Shown one piece after another: positions 61,524-64,000 of a stretch of 64,000 nt of DNA. The DNA is taken from NCBI GenBank assembly GCA_047495785.1, contig JBLDXI010000007.1, forward strand, positions 2,604,001 to 2,668,000, written 5' to 3'. Each line of letters starts with the position of its first letter. The first letter of the stretch is position 1. The translations under genes were made by a program, and so were the position numbers. A model generated the notes under the pieces. The model did not search any database and was not told the origin of the DNA. It saw only the letters and a list, made by a program, of their open reading frames with translations. This DNA comes from Lepidodermella squamata. Its lineage: Eukaryota > Animalia > Gastrotricha.

Positions 61524-62874
61524 TCAGCGTTTGACACGAGCGGTTGATCGCCTGCGGTTGTCGAACCAGTATCGAACCTAAATATAGAGAAAAGCAATTT
61601 GCGTGAACTTCTCGCAGACCGTCATAACAGCAAATGGCCAAAACAGCAAACGCGACAAAACAGCAAATTTTTTCAACTTGCGACATAACAGCAGAAACAT
61701 GATGCAGCTTTTGCATAATAAGTTTTTGCTATTTTGTCGCGAAATAATAAATTTGCTGTTATGTCGCACTCGCTGTTCTGCGAAGTTGCTGTTAGGTCGC
61801 CATACCCTCGCGCAATGGTGTTAAAGTTAGAGGGCTAATTTGGATTACCTAACCTATTATTATCTGAACCAGAATGAACTTCAGATCATTCTCAACGGCC
61901 GTCGATTGAATGGGATCCTGGCGCAGCACACAATTTCGCGCACAATCAGCGAATTCGAAGGAGAATCGCCTCAATTTAATTTTCGCACAACACCTGTCGC
62001 ATTATTCGAAATCAGTCTTAATGCGTGCGATTAACAATTTTTTTACATTGAAATTAACAATTAGCGCCCAGTGGGGATTCTTGGAGTCAGTTGCAAAAGC
62101 AAAGCAAACGCAAAGGCAGACGCAGGACCGCTTCTATGCAAGACCAAACTCATATTATTCTCTTTCGAACCCCAATCGGGACTAGTAATCCTAAAATTTC
62201 AATACCTGGGTAAGCTTCATGCCAAGTTTGCGAGATATGTCCTCCATTTCGGAACGAGACGGATATTTTTGTCGTTGATAGAACTGTAAGGTACAGCTTG
62301 CATTATAGTAATTCACACAGGAGCTCTCAAAGAGAAATTTACAAACCTTATGAAGTTCCTCCCCCTCCCAAGTGACCTTTCTCGGCCGACCTACGGCTCG
62401 CCGCGTTACCGGTACATCATCATTGAACTTGAGCTTGGAATTAAGAGTTCGGAGTTCAGAAAATAGTGAGCATTACGGTAAGAAATACCTTCGAATCTTC
62501 AGGTGACGAGTAATAGGGCATGACGTTCGTAAAATAGGCGTGATCGTGCACAATCGCGTTCTGAATCAGCATGAACATAGCCGTCTCAGGCTCGATAAAG
62601 TGACGAGGCGGCTCGACAACTGGGCTCAACAAATGCATCGCAGACATTTCCGAGCTTCGGACGATATATTGCCCAATCTGACAAGAAATATGATATTGCA
62701 GTTGATAGGAAAAAATGCTGATTTCGCAGGTACCATTCTTTTCGCGACCGTAAGACTTGCCATAATTGAATTCTTCCTCTTGCAGGTAGAACATCGTTTA
62801 CGAGCTTCAAGAGACATTTCTCGAAGTTTGCTAGTTTGAACAGCGACGTTTCGTACCTCAACGCCGCGTGACAT
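61524..62874 (-). CDS. Homeodomain protein with an AT-hook-like arm and DHAY and VAVQT motifs (5 exons; start uncertain)
   Basis: VGRPRKVTWGGEELHK|FYQRQKYPSRSEMEDISRKLGMKLTQ|VRYWFDNRRR. Confidence 0.75.
61619..61806. mobile_element. Palindromic MITE-like repeat (copy of 21365-21551), intronic
   Basis: Reverse-complement similarity to 21365-21551. Confidence 0.7.
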
Positions 62875-63006
62875 GTCACAGAAATCTTAATGTTTTGAAA
62901 ATTATTCAGCGTTTTGGCTAGGTCATCGGCGAGGTGTGCGTGTTTAGTGCTCAGCATTTGCGCACTGCAATCTGCGCGGTCGCGCGCCTGCTAGAGGTGA
63001 AGCGGC

Positions 63007-63204
63007 CATATCGTTACCGTCGTTGAATAACTCGGATTTAGGCTTGTTTACATCCGTTTCAAAGCGAAAAGTGACAAGTAAAAAGCGGCTTTTTTTAACG
63101 TGAATGAAGAGGCGAAAACAAAAGCTTTTTTACTTGTGACCTCTCGCTTTAAAAAGGATGTAAAATAGCCTAAATCCGAGTTATTCAACGACGCTAACGA
63201 TATG
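63007..63204. repeat. Near-perfect fold-back (palindromic MITE) of about 200 bp
   Basis: CATATCGTTA.CGTCGTTGAATAACTCGGATTTAGGC and its reverse complement form arms of about 80 bp. Confidence 0.85.
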
Positions 63205-63276
63205 ACACAGAGTTGAAAGTAGGTCAAGTGAGTTAATGACAGCGGCGTGTTACGTTGTAATTACCGGAAACATCTT

Positions 63277-63814
63277 AGTTGCGTTTTTTATGGTGTCCAA
63301 GAAGCTATTGTTCAACGCTGTGATCAATATTTTGGACACCTCCGCAACACAGAACTAACAATCAAGTAATTAGCATGGAGCTGTCCGACCTCGAGAGGCA
63401 AACAGTTAAGACTAATCACGCCCCGACTTGATTAGATTAAGCCTTGACAAATCGAGACATGGTTGTAATTAATTTACGACATAGCGCCATCTGACCCTCG
63501 TTAACTTATGACGACGTGCCATACGGTCAATTTGTAGCCAAACGTCGTGGGGAAGCATTTTTTATTTCGTTGGCACGATCCGCGAAAATCGAGAGAAATA
63601 TTGATTTTTTGAAATTTTTCGAAAATTACCGAAAATTCTCAATTTTAACTGTCAATTAGCGATTATTTTGAATCCAAACTTGTCAAAAAATCCGTAGTTC
63701 AATATTTCTGAATTTAAAGTTTAACGATTGCTTTGAAAAGCATAAGCTAAGTTATGTGTGTCATCTGGTGTTGATTGATATAATTAGCCCGCGGACACCA
63801 TAAAAAACGCAACT
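63277..63814. mobile_element. MITE with a 22-bp perfect inverted repeat
   Basis: AGTTGCGTTTTTTATGGTGTCC ... GGACACCATAAAAAACGCAACT. Confidence 0.7.
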
Positions 63815-64000
63815 CTTTTGTTGCAGTCTACATTAATAATGAAAAAAAACGAAATGGAAAAAATGAAACTAATTAACAATCGGTTTTTTTTTAATGTTTA
63901 TCTCTGCTGATATTTACGTAACAAAACGCCGGACTTCGGAATAAAGCGGCAAATGAGCGAATAAAATAATTAATTAAAACCGGAAGGCGTCATTACGTCA

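Overview
Gene-dense window from a compact invertebrate animal genome with short GT-AG introns, often 45-70 bp. All gene models were spliced and translated by eye, without database searches. From left to right: two small amidated neuropeptide precursors; a sushi/C-type lectin; an intronless class C (GABA-B-like) GPCR; a duplicated SOCS-box gene/globin cassette; and a sushi membrane protein. The main feature is an assemblage of 9 divergent homeobox genes (about 21 homeodomains, six genes with three each). They sit in four tightly packed co-oriented runs with mostly 80-175 bp spacers and unpaired splice acceptors before the ATGs, which suggests trans-spliced operons. Their partners are a stand-alone TopBP1-type BRCT0-2 gene, two calmodulin-like genes, a coiled-coil/SAM gene, a tail-remodelled histone H3 variant and a PHF7/G2E3-like gene. 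Four of the triple-homeodomain genes and the SAM gene share an N-terminal coiled-coil-like motif and derive from a tandemly duplicated multi-gene cassette. Also present are a frameshifted cathepsin, two glutathione-synthetase paralogs with altered substrate loops, three atypical Cys-loop subunits, an intact 1.28-kb non-autonomous LTR element, a Penelope-like RT relic and several MITEs, one carrying twin tRNA-like units.
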